Source: Thermoproteota archaeon (GTDB taxonomy: Archaea; Korarchaeota; Korarchaeia; B14-G2). Taken from it: a stretch of DNA of 64,000 nt. The notes below the pieces were generated by a model, which worked only from the letters and a program-made list of their open reading frames with translations, was not told the origin of the DNA and ran no database searches. How positions within the stretch are numbered: position 1 is the stretch's first letter; every line of letters starts with the position of its first letter. Below are positions 1 through 10,568 of the stretch, piece by piece. Location: contig JAVCBW010000025.1 in NCBI GenBank assembly GCA_037917675.1, forward strand, positions 48,289 through 112,288, given 5' to 3'. The position numbers and the translations under genes were made by a program.

Positions 1-125
1 CTTATCAGCTGAAGCTTGCTATAGCCTGCTCTCTCAAGTGCCTCCCTGAGGAACTCATCTAAGGCAACTCTCAGATATGACTCTTCAAGGACTCTCCTGA
101 CAATGCTTTTAGGCTTCTTTTCCAT
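1..125 (-). CDS. rps3: 30S ribosomal protein uS3, N-terminal part (runs off window)
   Basis: Manual translation MEKKPKSIVRRVLEESYLRVALDEFLREALERAGYS; directly follows uL22. Confidence 0.85.
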   Translation of the reverse strand, partial: MEKKPKSIVRRVLEESYLRVALDEFLREALERAGYSKLQLI

Positions 126-127
126 AC

Positions 128-610
128 TCACTCTCTCTCCCTCTCAGCTAAAAGCAGCTCAATGTGGACTAGCTGTTCTACTCTTGGTGTTGCTCTCCCA
201 AAGGCTCTTGGGAAGTATCTGAGCAGCTTTGGACCTTTGTGAGCAGCTATCCCCTTTATGTACAGGCTGTCTGCGTCAAGTCCCTTGTTTTCAGCACTCC
301 ATACCCCGTTTTCCAGCAGTCTTAAGATTATCTTGGAGGCCTTCACAGGATATCTTCCAGACGGAGGAGCTTTAAGCCCCTTCCTGTGGCCGACTCCCTT
401 AACATACCTCTTGAAGGGTATCGGCTTTCTGAGAGCTATCACATCCTCTAGGATTCTCCTAGCCTTCTCCACGCCCATTCCCTTTATGAATCTACAGAGC
501 TCTACACACTCCTTATAGGAGACCCTCTGGTCTCTAACACTGACTCTGACCTCTGTATCTCCCGGCTCAGGTAGACAATAGCCGAAGCTCGGAGACATCG
601 ACTCCACCAC
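128..610 (-). CDS. rpl22: 50S ribosomal protein uL22
   Basis: GRYPVKAS, FPRAFGRATP motifs of archaeal L22. Confidence 0.95.
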   Translation of the reverse strand: MVESMSPSFGYCLPEPGDTEVRVSVRDQRVSYKECVELCRFIKGMGVEKARRILEDVIALRKPIPFKRYVKGVGHRKGLKAPPSGRYPVKASKIILRLLENGVWSAENKGLDADSLYIKGIAAHKGPKLLRYFPRAFGRATPRVEQLVHIELLLAERERE

Positions 611-714
611 TTTATGTTTAGAGAGCTGCTTACCTCTTAGCTAGAAGTAGTGTGACAGTATTGCTTTTTAACTTAACTTACCCTATAAACTTGGAGCATA
701 GTGAGGGGGGGCTC

Positions 715-1032
715 TTGAAGCTCCTGAACACAGCATGCGATCCATCATGTGAGTACTTTAGATGTGAGAGAAGAGCAATGGTCAAGCGTAGGGGAAATCC
801 AAGGATAATGTGCGCGTATATTGGAGACGAGTGCATGGCAGGTAGATGCCAATATGCTTTTTGTAAGTACTTCGCACTCCTTCCAAGTGGCGAGTGTAAG
901 AGGAAGATGAAGAGTAGCAGTAAGGTGCCTGCTAAAAGAGGGAGACAGGAGCCTAAGGAAGCGAAACTTGAGGAGAAGGCTCTTAGTATGCTTAGGAAGA
1001 AGGTAGGTAGATCAGCTCCAGAGCTTGAGTAA
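715..1032 (+). CDS. Cys-rich hypothetical protein (putative Zn-binding)
   Basis: CDPSCEYFRC...C..IGDEC...CQYAFC; TTG start after GAGGGGGG. Confidence 0.6.
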   Translation: MKLLNTACDPSCEYFRCERRAMVKRRGNPRIMCAYIGDECMAGRCQYAFCKYFALLPSGECKRKMKSSSKVPAKRGRQEPKEAKLEEKALSMLRKKVGRSAPELE

Positions 1033-1033
1033 T

Positions 1034-1900
1034 CTATACCCTCCTCTTTTTATACAGCATCGCTAGTACAGCGTTCACAGCTACCAGGACGATGGTCATG
1101 GCAGCCATGAAGGCTGAGGTCAGCGCGCTTCTTGGAGGTTTAAGAACTACCTCATATGGCTCTATCTCAGCTCCAGTATACAGCCAGTCTATTCTACTAA
1201 ACCTCAGAGAATAGGGCTTTGGGCTAACAGTTACCAGCTTGTACTCTGGTGATGGAAGCACTAAGGATAGCTTTGCTACAGCTGGAGCCGGCAGGAACCT
1301 GAGGACCGGATTCAAAGATATCTTATACTCCCCATTTCTCTCTTCTGTAATCCCCTTCTTAATCTTCAAGTAAATGGAGAAATCCATCATTAGAGTATAG
1401 TTGAACTCTACACCTGTGTAGATCAGATAGAGCACCTCTAGCCTCTCAATAGCAACCCCATCAAGCTCTTCAGAGAATATCCTGTACCTTGAAGATATCC
1501 TGATGGTGTTTGTATCGCTGTCATATGCTACATCTATCTGAGAGAGCTCTCCTACCGGAAGGTAAAATCTCTTGATCAGGTTTAGAGCATGAATGTTTGT
1601 TATGCTCTCTGCCAGCTTCTCCATATATTCTCGTGGCTTAGCTCCTGCTACAGGAACTATCGCAAGACCATAGTATCCTTCAAGCCCCAATGCTGCCTCT
1701 TTAAGGAGAATAAATCCCTGGTACTCTAATGAAGGATCTTGAGCTAAAACGTATAGGGGAAAACGGATAGTTCCATTACATACTGCACTACCATCATCAT
1801 CTAGGTAGATGTTGACAGCAGGATATATAGGCCTAGGCTGAGCTACAGATAATACCCCAGAGACTATGATGGTGAGAGCTATAGATGCCATCAACTTCAC
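1034..1900 (-). CDS. Secreted/membrane-anchored hypothetical protein
   Basis: N-terminal hydrophobic signal after GTG 1900, C-terminal TM helix plus KKRR tail; ORF-track extension to 2185 is antisense to the IS remnant. Confidence 0.6.
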   Translation of the reverse strand: MKLMASIALTIIVSGVLSVAQPRPIYPAVNIYLDDDGSAVCNGTIRFPLYVLAQDPSLEYQGFILLKEAALGLEGYYGLAIVPVAGAKPREYMEKLAESITNIHALNLIKRFYLPVGELSQIDVAYDSDTNTIRISSRYRIFSEELDGVAIERLEVLYLIYTGVEFNYTLMMDFSIYLKIKKGITEERNGEYKISLNPVLRFLPAPAVAKLSLVLPSPEYKLVTVSPKPYSLRFSRIDWLYTGAEIEPYEVVLKPPRSALTSAFMAAMTIVLVAVNAVLAMLYKKRRV

Positions 1901-1997
1901 GAAACTACCACCGCAAGCAGTTTTATCATAAGATATTAAAAGCATTGGGCAGGGTATGATGCTGCGTTTGTAGCATTTAAATACTTTGCTACATCTC

Positions 1998-2615
1998 ATG
2001 AAGCAAAATTTGAAGTTACTTAGGACTGGGAGAGTAGCAGAGATACTTGGAGCGAACAGGGTTACGGTGATTAGGTGGGTCAAGCAAGGTAGGATTAAGG
2101 CTGCGAGGATTGGCAGGGAGTTTAGAATTCCAGAAGATGAAGCCAGAGGGTTACTTAAAGGCAAGATTACCAACACAGCAGCCATCTGTGCAAGAGCTTC
2201 TTCATCAGGCAGAAAAAGCTATTTGGAAAAGCAAGTTGAACACTTGAAGGAGTATTGACCAGCTAAGGGATACAATGTCATTGATGTTTTAACAGGCGTT
2301 GCATCAGGTTTAAACAAAAGGCGTAGAGGATAAAAAATTGTTTGGTATGTTGTGAATGGAAAAGTTGACGTTATAGTTATTAGCTATGAGGATAAGCTTA
2401 CAGGTTTAGATTCAGATATTTAGAAGAGTCCTTTAATTCTCATGAAGTTAGGATTGAGGCTGTATCTTGGTGAAGAACCTAAAAGCTTGCAACAAGAACT
2501 TATCGAAGACATGATTGCCATTGTAACCTCATTTGCTGGAGGGTTATATGGAATGAGAGGCCGCAAAAAGAAAGAAATGATTGAGATATTCAAATAAGCG
2601 GTTAGAGACTGTTAG
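1998..2615 (+). pseudogene. tnpA: IS607-family TnpA (MerR-HTH + serine recombinase), degraded
   Basis: TGRVAEILG..VIRWVKQGRI HTH, ICARASS, GVASGLN, EELIEDMIAIVTSFAGGLYGMR; internal stops and frameshifts; no tnpB downstream. Confidence 0.85.
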
Positions 2616-3050
2616 GCTCACAGCGAGGTTTTAAGCTCTCAAACTTCTTAAGCATCTTTATAACTTTGCTCTTCAACCTCTAGGGTAAGTATTTATCGCT
2701 TAGATAGCTTTCAATGTCTTTAAGCCTCCTCCTAACCCATCCTACGTCTCCGTTCTTAAGGCTAGCTTAAGCTCTCCCTCGAGCACTTTTAAATGGTATT
2801 CGTAGACGGCTTCAGGGTTTTCAACTATAACCCTTGAAGTAATCCTTAAACCCTTCCCTTTAAGGTATTCTATTTCGAGGAGCTCGTGGAAGAGCAGGTA
2901 ATCGTTCGATAATGCTTCCTCGAGCGAGTAGGCGTCTTCCTCGTAGGTTTCGGCGGTTAAGTACACATAGACCTCTTCAAGGGAAACGTTAAACTTCCTC
3001 CTAACCCTCTCCGATAATTTACCTACCCGCTTCTTAAACCTCTCTCCCAT
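2602..3050 (-). pseudogene. Degraded hypothetical protein (LLFHELLEI motif)
   Basis: ORF 2742-3101 continues in another frame (GDVGWVRRRLKDIESYLSDKYLP*RLKSKVIKML) with a further internal stop. Confidence 0.5.
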
Positions 3051-3165
3051 ATCATCTCCTGCCGCGATGACACTTACATAACTAGTAATTGGGTGACACA
3101 AAAGTTATAGATGTGGCGGCGGCTCGCAAAAGCTATAAATACAGTGGAAAACCGAAACGATTTCT

Positions 3166-4311
3166 GTGAGAGTGCTGATAGTCTCCACGTATCCTCCACA
3201 GAGATGTGGCATTGCAGAGTACACTAAGGCCTTAGCTAGAGAGCTGTCTGAGAAGCATAATGTTGAAGTCGCGGTGTTTGCTGAGAAGAGGGAGTGGATC
3301 AAAAAGCAAGTGACATTGGATAGTGGAGTGCTTGTAGTTAGAGGCTGGAGTAGGAATGGTAGAGTAGATTTACTTAGAGCCTTAAGATTACTTGTCTCCT
3401 TTAGGCCAGACATAGTACATATCCAACATGAGTATGGGCTCTTTAGGAATAGAGTAGCATTCATATTAAGTCTCCTCTTCCTCAAGCTTTTGAGAATCAA
3501 AGTTGTTATAACATTTCACACAGTATGTGATGTTTCGCAGATGATTAGAAAGAGAATAAAGCCTACTTGGGATAAAGTGGTCAGTAAACTAGCTGATGCA
3601 GCAGTAGTGCATACTAGGCAATCAGCTAGGCTTCTGAGAGCATATGGGTGGGATAGGAATAAGTGTGCTGTGATAAAGCATGGAGCCATTGAGGTGAGGA
3701 GTATTGAAGACGAGGAGAACCATAAAGAGGTGAATATACTATTTATGGGGTTCATAACCCCCAGGAAAGGCATCGAACTCATCATAGATGCGCTTTCGAA
3801 GCTTAGAGAAGATGGTGTTGGAAACTGGTTTTTTACTGTAGCAGGCTCCCTCCATCCAGCTTCTCTGAGGAGAGACCTACCATATCTGAGAACTTTGATG
3901 GAAAGGACAGCTAAGCTCAACTTAGAGGAAAAAGTAAAGTTCATAATCGAATACTTGAGCCATGATAAAATAGGAGAGCTGCTAAGGAAAGCTGACATAG
4001 TCGTGCTACCCTATAGGGAACTATATGGTGCAAGTGGCATCTTGAGGCTTGCAGCATCATATAGGAAGCTTGTAATCGTATCTGATGTCGGAGAGCTCTC
4101 AGAGGAGGTAGTGGATATGGTGAATGGGTTAATATTCAAGGCAGGAGACTCAGAGGAGCTTACTAGGAAGCTTAAGCTGGCTATCTTAGATGGAAACCTG
4201 AGGAGAAAGCTTGGACGACAGTTATATGCTACTGTAGCTGCTAGAAGCACCTGGAGAAACATGGCTGAGCTGACTATGGATGTCTATGAGAGAGTTCTCA
4301 CAGGAGGCTAG
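3166..4311 (+). CDS. Glycosyltransferase family 4
   Basis: STYPPQRCGIAEY, DIVHIQHEYG, ADIVVLPY, SDVGELSE. Confidence 0.9.
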   Translation: MRVLIVSTYPPQRCGIAEYTKALARELSEKHNVEVAVFAEKREWIKKQVTLDSGVLVVRGWSRNGRVDLLRALRLLVSFRPDIVHIQHEYGLFRNRVAFILSLLFLKLLRIKVVITFHTVCDVSQMIRKRIKPTWDKVVSKLADAAVVHTRQSARLLRAYGWDRNKCAVIKHGAIEVRSIEDEENHKEVNILFMGFITPRKGIELIIDALSKLREDGVGNWFFTVAGSLHPASLRRDLPYLRTLMERTAKLNLEEKVKFIIEYLSHDKIGELLRKADIVVLPYRELYGASGILRLAASYRKLVIVSDVGELSEEVVDMVNGLIFKAGDSEELTRKLKLAILDGNLRRKLGRQLYATVAARSTWRNMAELTMDVYERVLTGG

Positions 4312-4365
4312 CATGACAGACTGCAAGGTTTTAATTGTAGCGAGCAAGATAGCTTATGATCAGCT

Positions 4366-6888
4366 TTGGTGGAAGGTTACCTGTTATCCGTATGCTATGA
4401 CAGAGATCTAGAGGTGGCAGCAGCTAAGCTTTACATTGAGGAGGAAAAACAGGTTAGGATTGTCCACTTGAACAGAGACCATAGACCCTACCTACTGACC
4501 AATGTCCCTCCCGAGAAGCTCAGTAAAATGCCTGAGATAGTTGGGCATAAGGGATTTCTGAGGGTTGAGAAGGTTATCAAGCATGACATTCTCAGAGACG
4601 CTGATGTAGTGCTAACTAAGGTCGTAGCAAAGGATCCTCTTGCCATAGGAGGCAGAGCTGAAAGCCTTCGAGAGATCATCAAGAGAATTTCACCTGAAGC
4701 TAAGGTATGGGAAGCTGATATAAAGTACAGAAACTGCTACATCTATGATAAGCTCCTAATACCTGGCATGAGATACAAGCTGGCTGGAGACGGGGAGCTC
4801 GAGCTGATAAAGCCTGAAATAAGCAGAGACAGGATAGAGCACATCCTCAGCAGGCTTGAAGATAGAGATGATGAGGCGCTCCAAGTTGCAAAGGAGATAG
4901 TGACGATTCTTGAGGAGGAAGCTCCAAGCATGGAAGCACTTGCAATGGACATAGAAGTAGAGACCACGCAGTATAATGTGATACCAGATCCTAAGGAAGC
5001 TGAGCAGAGAGTAATTGCTATTGGACTAGCATCGAGCGAGGGTAAGCCTCCTAAGATCCTACTGCTAGCAAAAAGCCAAGATCTAGATGAAAGTTACATT
5101 GAGCAGAGTAGCATGTTAAGAGAAGCTGAGATAATTACTTATGCCGATGAGAAGACACTGATAATGGAGCTTCTTAGAACTCTCGAGAACACACCTCTCT
5201 TAGTCACATTCAATGGAACAAACTTCGACCTGCCTTATCTGAGGCATAGAGCACAGAAACTTGGGATTCCTGAAAGTGATATCCCAATAGTAGCTAAAAG
5301 AGATCATTATACTCTTAAGAAGGGAGTTCACATAGATCTTCATAGAGTGTTCAGCAATAAATCTCTAAAGAACTATGTGTATGCTGGGAAGTATAGGGAG
5401 GTAAGCTTAGATTCGGTTTCACAAGCCCTGCTTGGAGAAAAGAAGAGGACTCCACCTAAGGAGTTCAAGACAGAAACGATAACAAGAATAGCAGAATACT
5501 GTCTCTATGACACACTGCTCACACTTAGGCTCTTCACATATAGGAATAACATGCTACTTAAGCTTCTGTTCCTGTTCATGAGGATATCGAAGCTTTCAAT
5601 GGAGGATGTAGCTAATACGGGGATATCTAACTGGATAAAAAATATGATGTACTTTGAGCTTAGAAGGAGAGGATATCTCATCCCAACGCCGGAAGAAGTG
5701 TTGAATAAAGGCAGAACAGTCACCACAGCTAGGATAAAGGGGAAGAAGTATCTTGGGGCTATAGTCATAAAGCCTAGGCCTGGTGCTTTCTTCAATGTTG
5801 CATGCTTAGACTTTGCTAGCCTGTATCCGAGCATAATAAGAAAGTATAGGATAAGTTTTGAGACAATAAATTGCCCTCATCACGAATGTAAGAGCAATAG
5901 GATACCTGAGGTAAACCACTGGGTCTGCAGGAAAGTAAGGGGGATCTTCCCTCTCATAATAGGCATACTTAGAGACATAAGAGTTGGATGGTATAAGAGT
6001 GCTAGTAAGAATAAGGAGCTTCCAGAAGACAGCAGGCTGTGGTATGAAGCAGTACAGCAGTCTCTGAAGGTGTTTCTAAACGCCTCCTATGGCGTGAGCG
6101 GAGCAGAGACCTATCCGCTGTACTGCCCTCCCGCTGCTGAGAGCATAGCGGCACTTGGTAGATATGCCATACAGAGGTCTCTTGAAATAGCTAGTGTAAT
6201 GGGAGTTAAAGTGCTATATGGAGACACAGATAGCTTATTCATAAAAATCAGGTCAGAAGAAGATGTGGAGAGGCTTGAGAGAGAGATAGAGTCTAAGCTT
6301 GGGATGGATCTCGAGCTTGACAAGATTTACAGATATACTGTGTTCTCAGAGAGAAAAAAGAACTATCTTGGAGTTAGTGTGGATGGCGTTGTTGACGTGA
6401 AAGGCATGACTGGGAAGAAAAGGAATACGCCCAGGTTTATAAGAGAAGCCTTCCAGCAAGCCTTAGATGAGCTGAAGAAGGTGAAGACTCCTGAAGAGCT
6501 TGAGAGAGCCAAGGCCAGGATAATTGAGATAGTTAAGGATGCAAGAAGAAAGCTCGTTGAAAGGAAGCTTGCACTTGAGGACCTAGCTTTTGAAGTTATG
6601 CTAAGCAAACCCCTTGACAAGTATGAGAAGACTACCCCACAGCATGTCAAAGCAGCTAAGATGCTTCAGGAGAGGGGGGAAATCATAGCTACCGGGAAGA
6701 TAATAGCATATGTGAAGACGAAAACAAGAGAGGGAGTGAAGCCTATAGAGCTAGCAACCATCGATGAGATCGATGTAGAGAAGTATGAGGAGTACTTGTT
6801 CAGCACATTTGAGCAGCTTCTTGACGCCCTTGGAATAGACTATGAGATACTAAGAGCGAAAACAGCTACCTTAGACCAGTTTTTCTAG
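4366..6888 (+). CDS. polB1: Family B DNA polymerase, PolB1 type
   Basis: Exo DIE / FNGTNFD; pol DFASLYPSII, KVFLNASYG, YGDTDS; C-terminal PIP-like TLDQFF. Confidence 0.95.
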   Translation: MVEGYLLSVCYDRDLEVAAAKLYIEEEKQVRIVHLNRDHRPYLLTNVPPEKLSKMPEIVGHKGFLRVEKVIKHDILRDADVVLTKVVAKDPLAIGGRAESLREIIKRISPEAKVWEADIKYRNCYIYDKLLIPGMRYKLAGDGELELIKPEISRDRIEHILSRLEDRDDEALQVAKEIVTILEEEAPSMEALAMDIEVETTQYNVIPDPKEAEQRVIAIGLASSEGKPPKILLLAKSQDLDESYIEQSSMLREAEIITYADEKTLIMELLRTLENTPLLVTFNGTNFDLPYLRHRAQKLGIPESDIPIVAKRDHYTLKKGVHIDLHRVFSNKSLKNYVYAGKYREVSLDSVSQALLGEKKRTPPKEFKTETITRIAEYCLYDTLLTLRLFTYRNNMLLKLLFLFMRISKLSMEDVANTGISNWIKNMMYFELRRRGYLIPTPEEVLNKGRTVTTARIKGKKYLGAIVIKPRPGAFFNVACLDFASLYPSIIRKYRISFETINCPHHECKSNRIPEVNHWVCRKVRGIFPLIIGILRDIRVGWYKSASKNKELPEDSRLWYEAVQQSLKVFLNASYGVSGAETYPLYCPPAAESIAALGRYAIQRSLEIASVMGVKVLYGDTDSLFIKIRSEEDVERLEREIESKLGMDLELDKIYRYTVFSERKKNYLGVSVDGVVDVKGMTGKKRNTPRFIREAFQQALDELKKVKTPEELERAKARIIEIVKDARRKLVERKLALEDLAFEVMLSKPLDKYEKTTPQHVKAAKMLQERGEIIATGKIIAYVKTKTREGVKPIELATIDEIDVEKYEEYLFSTFEQLLDALGIDYEILRAKTATLDQFF

Positions 6889-7319
6889 CGTACTCCTATG
6901 GGTATGTAGGGCTCCTTTATGCTCCTCTCCTCCCGCTTCCTAAACTTTATTCCATACTGTATTATCCCACTTTTTCCATTAACCCTAACTTTCCTGAAGC
7001 AAGCCTCTAGCTCCATACCTACTCTCAGCTCACTTGGAGGAATATCAGTTATCTGACCAATAACTTTGACACCATCTATCTCCACAAGGCCTATAGCATA
7101 TGGTGTCTGCAGCTCAAATCCCTTTGGTGGGAAGTAAATGACGCTGTAACTTATCAGCTTACCCCTCCTTGGAAGCTTTATCCTCTTCATCTCTTTAGAC
7201 TTACAGTTTGGGCAGATAATCCTTGGAGGATAAAACTTGCTACCACATTTCTCACATAAGGATGCTTCCAGCCTATACCTGTAAGGTATTTCTCTCCAGT
7301 ATCTTGGAGCCGAGGACAT
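6885..7319 (-). CDS. DUF35 Zn-ribbon/OB-fold protein (thiolase-HMGS scaffold)
   Basis: CEKC..YPPRIICPNC, GIIQYGIKF; operon context. Confidence 0.9.
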   Translation of the reverse strand: MSSAPRYWREIPYRYRLEASLCEKCGSKFYPPRIICPNCKSKEMKRIKLPRRGKLISYSVIYFPPKGFELQTPYAIGLVEIDGVKVIGQITDIPPSELRVGMELEACFRKVRVNGKSGIIQYGIKFRKREERSIKEPYIPIGVR

Positions 7320-8482
7320 TAGCCTCCCCTCTCAAAGACTATAGCAGCTGCATTTGAAGCAACTCCGCCTACACTTACCATGAGAGCTCGGCTTGGGCTG
7401 TCAACTTGGAGGCTGCCTGCCTCGCCTATCAGCTGCAGGGAAAGCTCAGCTGCCTGGTATACTCCAGTAGCTCCTATTGGATGACCTCGGGCTTTAAGTC
7501 CACCGCTTAAATTTACAGGGATCCTTCCATCAGGCTCAAGGTCTCTGCTCTCAACGAGTTTATAAGCTTCTCCTCTCTTAGCTAGATTTAGCGCCTCCAT
7601 TATCATGAATGCCATGAATGGAAATGAGTCATGTAACTCTGCAACGTCTATGTCGTCTATCGAGCAGTTGGCCATTTGAAAGGCTCTTTCAGCTGCCTTG
7701 CTTACTGCCTTCAAAAAGAGAGGGTCCTCTCTGTCCTTTATGCTTATGGCATCAGTTGCCTGACCTAGCCCTCTTATGAAAACAGGGGTATCAACCACCT
7801 TCTTAGCCTCCTTCACATTAGTGATTACGAGAGCAGCAGCACCGTCTCCTACAGGAGAGCAGTCAAGTAGTCTTATTGGATCAGCTACCAGTGGAGAATT
7901 TAGGTACTGTTCTACTGTCACAGGGAACCTAAGCTGAGCATATGGATTTTTTATTGCATTTTGATGCATAAGAGAGACAAATTCTCCAAACGCCTCCCTC
8001 TTCACTCCATACTTCTCCATGTACATTCTCATCAATAGAGCGTTTGCAGCCTGAAATGTCACCCCATAAAACTTCTCATATTCTGCATCTAGGCAGCAGG
8101 ATATTACATCAGTCACCTCGGTTGAAACTAGCTCACTCATCTTCTCAACTCCAACCAGGAGGACGGTATCATATATCCCTGAGGAAACAGCTGCAGTAGC
8201 CTGAATGAGCGCTACAGCTCCGGAGGCACAGGAGGCCTCTACCTTGACTGCTGGAGCTGGCGTTAAGGCCAGATAGTCTGCTATGAGGTCAGCTAGGCTC
8301 TCCTGATCACAGAATAGCTCAGAAGCCATATTGGATACATATATGGCATCTATCGTGGGGTTTCCTGCATCATCTAGCGCTTTAAGGCCTGCTTCTACTG
8401 CTAGCTCTCTTATAGACTTACTCCAGTGCATTCCTACCTTAATCATGCCTAGCCCTACTATGGCAGCTAATCCTCTACCCAA
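7319..8482 (-). CDS. Acetyl-CoA C-acetyltransferase (thiolase)
   Basis: EASCASG, ELHDSF, GHPIGATG. Confidence 0.92.
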   Translation of the reverse strand: MGRGLAAIVGLGMIKVGMHWSKSIRELAVEAGLKALDDAGNPTIDAIYVSNMASELFCDQESLADLIADYLALTPAPAVKVEASCASGAVALIQATAAVSSGIYDTVLLVGVEKMSELVSTEVTDVISCCLDAEYEKFYGVTFQAANALLMRMYMEKYGVKREAFGEFVSLMHQNAIKNPYAQLRFPVTVEQYLNSPLVADPIRLLDCSPVGDGAAALVITNVKEAKKVVDTPVFIRGLGQATDAISIKDREDPLFLKAVSKAAERAFQMANCSIDDIDVAELHDSFPFMAFMIMEALNLAKRGEAYKLVESRDLEPDGRIPVNLSGGLKARGHPIGATGVYQAAELSLQLIGEAGSLQVDSPSRALMVSVGGVASNAAAIVFERGG

Positions 8483-9557
8483 TGTTACCCACCTTGTCTG
8501 ATGGAAGTATGAACTTCCCTCTATGCTTTCCGTATACTGCGTAGGATACGCATCTCCTCCTTTCTATCAGGTCAGAAACAAGTGGGGCAAAGCTCTTCTT
8601 CTCTTCTATAAGCTCTGTTACAAGGATATCAAAGGCATCACTTCCAGCTCCAGACCCATATGATACGAGGAGCACACGCTCACCTGGGCTAGCATGGTCA
8701 AGAACATTGCATAGCCCTATGAGAGCTGAGGCACTATAGGTGTTTCCTATCCTGTCTACAACTAGGCCATACTGCATTTGCTCCCTGCGGAAACCAAGTA
8801 TGCTTCCTACCTTAACTGGGAATCTACCATTAGGTTGATGGAATATAACATGCTCATAGTCTCTTGGAGTAGCTCCAATCTCCTCCATTAGAGCCTTAGC
8901 TGCGCTTATGATATGGTGGAAATATGCGGGCTCTCCTGTAAAGGCTTCAGCATGACGGGGATATGGCTCAAACGGCCGCCTCCAGAAGTCAGGAGTGTCA
9001 GTTACATATGATACTGATGCGGTTATTATGGCAGCTGACTCAGCTTCCGGCCCAACTACTATAGCAGCGCTCCCTGCTGCAGCAGAGAACTCTAGGTCAT
9101 CTCCAGGAGCGCCTTGCGCTGTATCCACCCCTATCGCCATGCCATAATTTATCATCCCTGATGAAACTAATGCCATACAACACTGGACAGCTTCAGTGCC
9201 TGCCTTACACGCAAACTCGAAGTCTGCAGCTAGCACCCTTGGAGTAGCACCCACAGCCTCTGCTACTATCGTGCTTGTTGGCTTAACAGCATAGGGTTTG
9301 GACTCTGTTCCAACGAATACTGCACCTAGTAGAGAGGGATCTATTCCAGCTCTCTGGACTGCATAGTGTGCTGCCTCAACTGCCATAGTTGCAGTGTCTT
9401 CATCTATGTTCGGGACAGATTTTTCAAGTATCCTTATGCTCTTCTTCACTTTCTCCTTAGGTTTGCCCCATATGTCTGCAATCTCCTCTATCTTGATCCT
9501 AAGCCGAGGAACATATGCTCCCCAACCTACAATGCCGACTTTCCTAGCTGGCTTCAT
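8475..9557 (-). CDS. hmgS: Hydroxymethylglutaryl-CoA synthase
   Basis: ESKPYAVKP, EFACKAGT, HQPNGRFP, SYGSGAGSD. Confidence 0.95.
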   Translation of the reverse strand: MKPARKVGIVGWGAYVPRLRIKIEEIADIWGKPKEKVKKSIRILEKSVPNIDEDTATMAVEAAHYAVQRAGIDPSLLGAVFVGTESKPYAVKPTSTIVAEAVGATPRVLAADFEFACKAGTEAVQCCMALVSSGMINYGMAIGVDTAQGAPGDDLEFSAAAGSAAIVVGPEAESAAIITASVSYVTDTPDFWRRPFEPYPRHAEAFTGEPAYFHHIISAAKALMEEIGATPRDYEHVIFHQPNGRFPVKVGSILGFRREQMQYGLVVDRIGNTYSASALIGLCNVLDHASPGERVLLVSYGSGAGSDAFDILVTELIEEKKSFAPLVSDLIERRRCVSYAVYGKHRGKFILPSDKVGNIG

Positions 9558-9704
9558 CTTAATTCCCCGCTTAGCTTAGTGTAAGCCCTATAGAACCGCT
9601 GGAAAACGCTGGTATAGTTGCAATAGTTTAGTTACCCTGCTATCAGTTAGCTTTAAACTTTACCATATGCCAAAATATTATATGTTGATAGGCGAACATC
9701 AGCT

Positions 9705-10433
9705 TTAGGTGACTAGGAGCTTACGTAGCGCACTGACAAGCTCAGCCACAGAAGGTAGCCTTGAGATTATCAGAGGAACACCCATGAGCTCCGTTAGCTC
9801 TATTGCCAGGTCGTCTGCTCTAGAAGCCCCGTGTACAACCAGCGCTCCAGGTTTTACATTAAACACCTTTATGGCAACAGCAAGTGTCCGCCCTCCAGTC
9901 TGCCTAGCATTGGTGAAAATCAATGCTCTCTGCGTCGTGACTCCGAATATGTTATAGAAGTCTTGACCTGAAAGCTCTCTAATAGCTTTGAGCGCATCTA
10001 CTATCGTATATCCATATACGTGGCCATTTAGAGCACTCTTGCATGAGTATACATCTCCTGATATGATTTCAACTAGCTTCGATATTTTAACTGGGTGAGA
10101 GAACTCCTTCATGTCGATCACAGAGGATGGAAGAGGTATAGGGGTCAATGTTTTTGCTAATAACCGGGTTACATGGCCTCCTGACTTGAGATCTGCCTCT
10201 ATTAATGCGTTCACAAATCTCTTCAGCACATAGGTTCCAGGGCTCTTCCTTCTCCCAGACTCATAGTCTGATATGACTGAGGGAGATATCTCAAGTTGCT
10301 CAGCCAGCTTACTCTGCTGTATCCCAAAGTACTCTCTCCACCTTCTCATAGCCTTTCCTGGGCTATCAGACATCACTATGTCTCCAATTATCTTCCTAGC
10401 TACATAGTCACGGAGAACCTCTATGGAAGACAT
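9705..10433 (-). CDS. XRE-family HTH transcriptional regulator
   Basis: SPSVISDYESGRRKSPG; typical neighbour of archaeal HMGS operons. Confidence 0.85.
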   Translation of the reverse strand: MSSIEVLRDYVARKIIGDIVMSDSPGKAMRRWREYFGIQQSKLAEQLEISPSVISDYESGRRKSPGTYVLKRFVNALIEADLKSGGHVTRLLAKTLTPIPLPSSVIDMKEFSHPVKISKLVEIISGDVYSCKSALNGHVYGYTIVDALKAIRELSGQDFYNIFGVTTQRALIFTNARQTGGRTLAVAIKVFNVKPGALVVHGASRADDLAIELTELMGVPLIISRLPSVAELVSALRKLLVT

Positions 10434-10568
10434 GTTGTCCTTATTTAGGCTTACGTCGAATTAATAACTGTTTCGTATCATAGCCAAATATAGTGGAGTT
10501 TATAGTAGTAAAGATAACTTGATGCTCTCTTATTAGAGAGCCTGTAAGATAACCTATTTAAGGCATGT

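Noticed and set aside
258-518. Many antisense or nested ORFs in the track (e.g. 258-518, 3105-3500, 32159-32788, 59602-60204)
   Set aside because: Ser/Leu-rich shadows of well-supported genes on the opposite strand
6885-10433. HMGS-thiolase-DUF35 cluster as a novel pathway
   Set aside because: Well-known conserved archaeal mevalonate module
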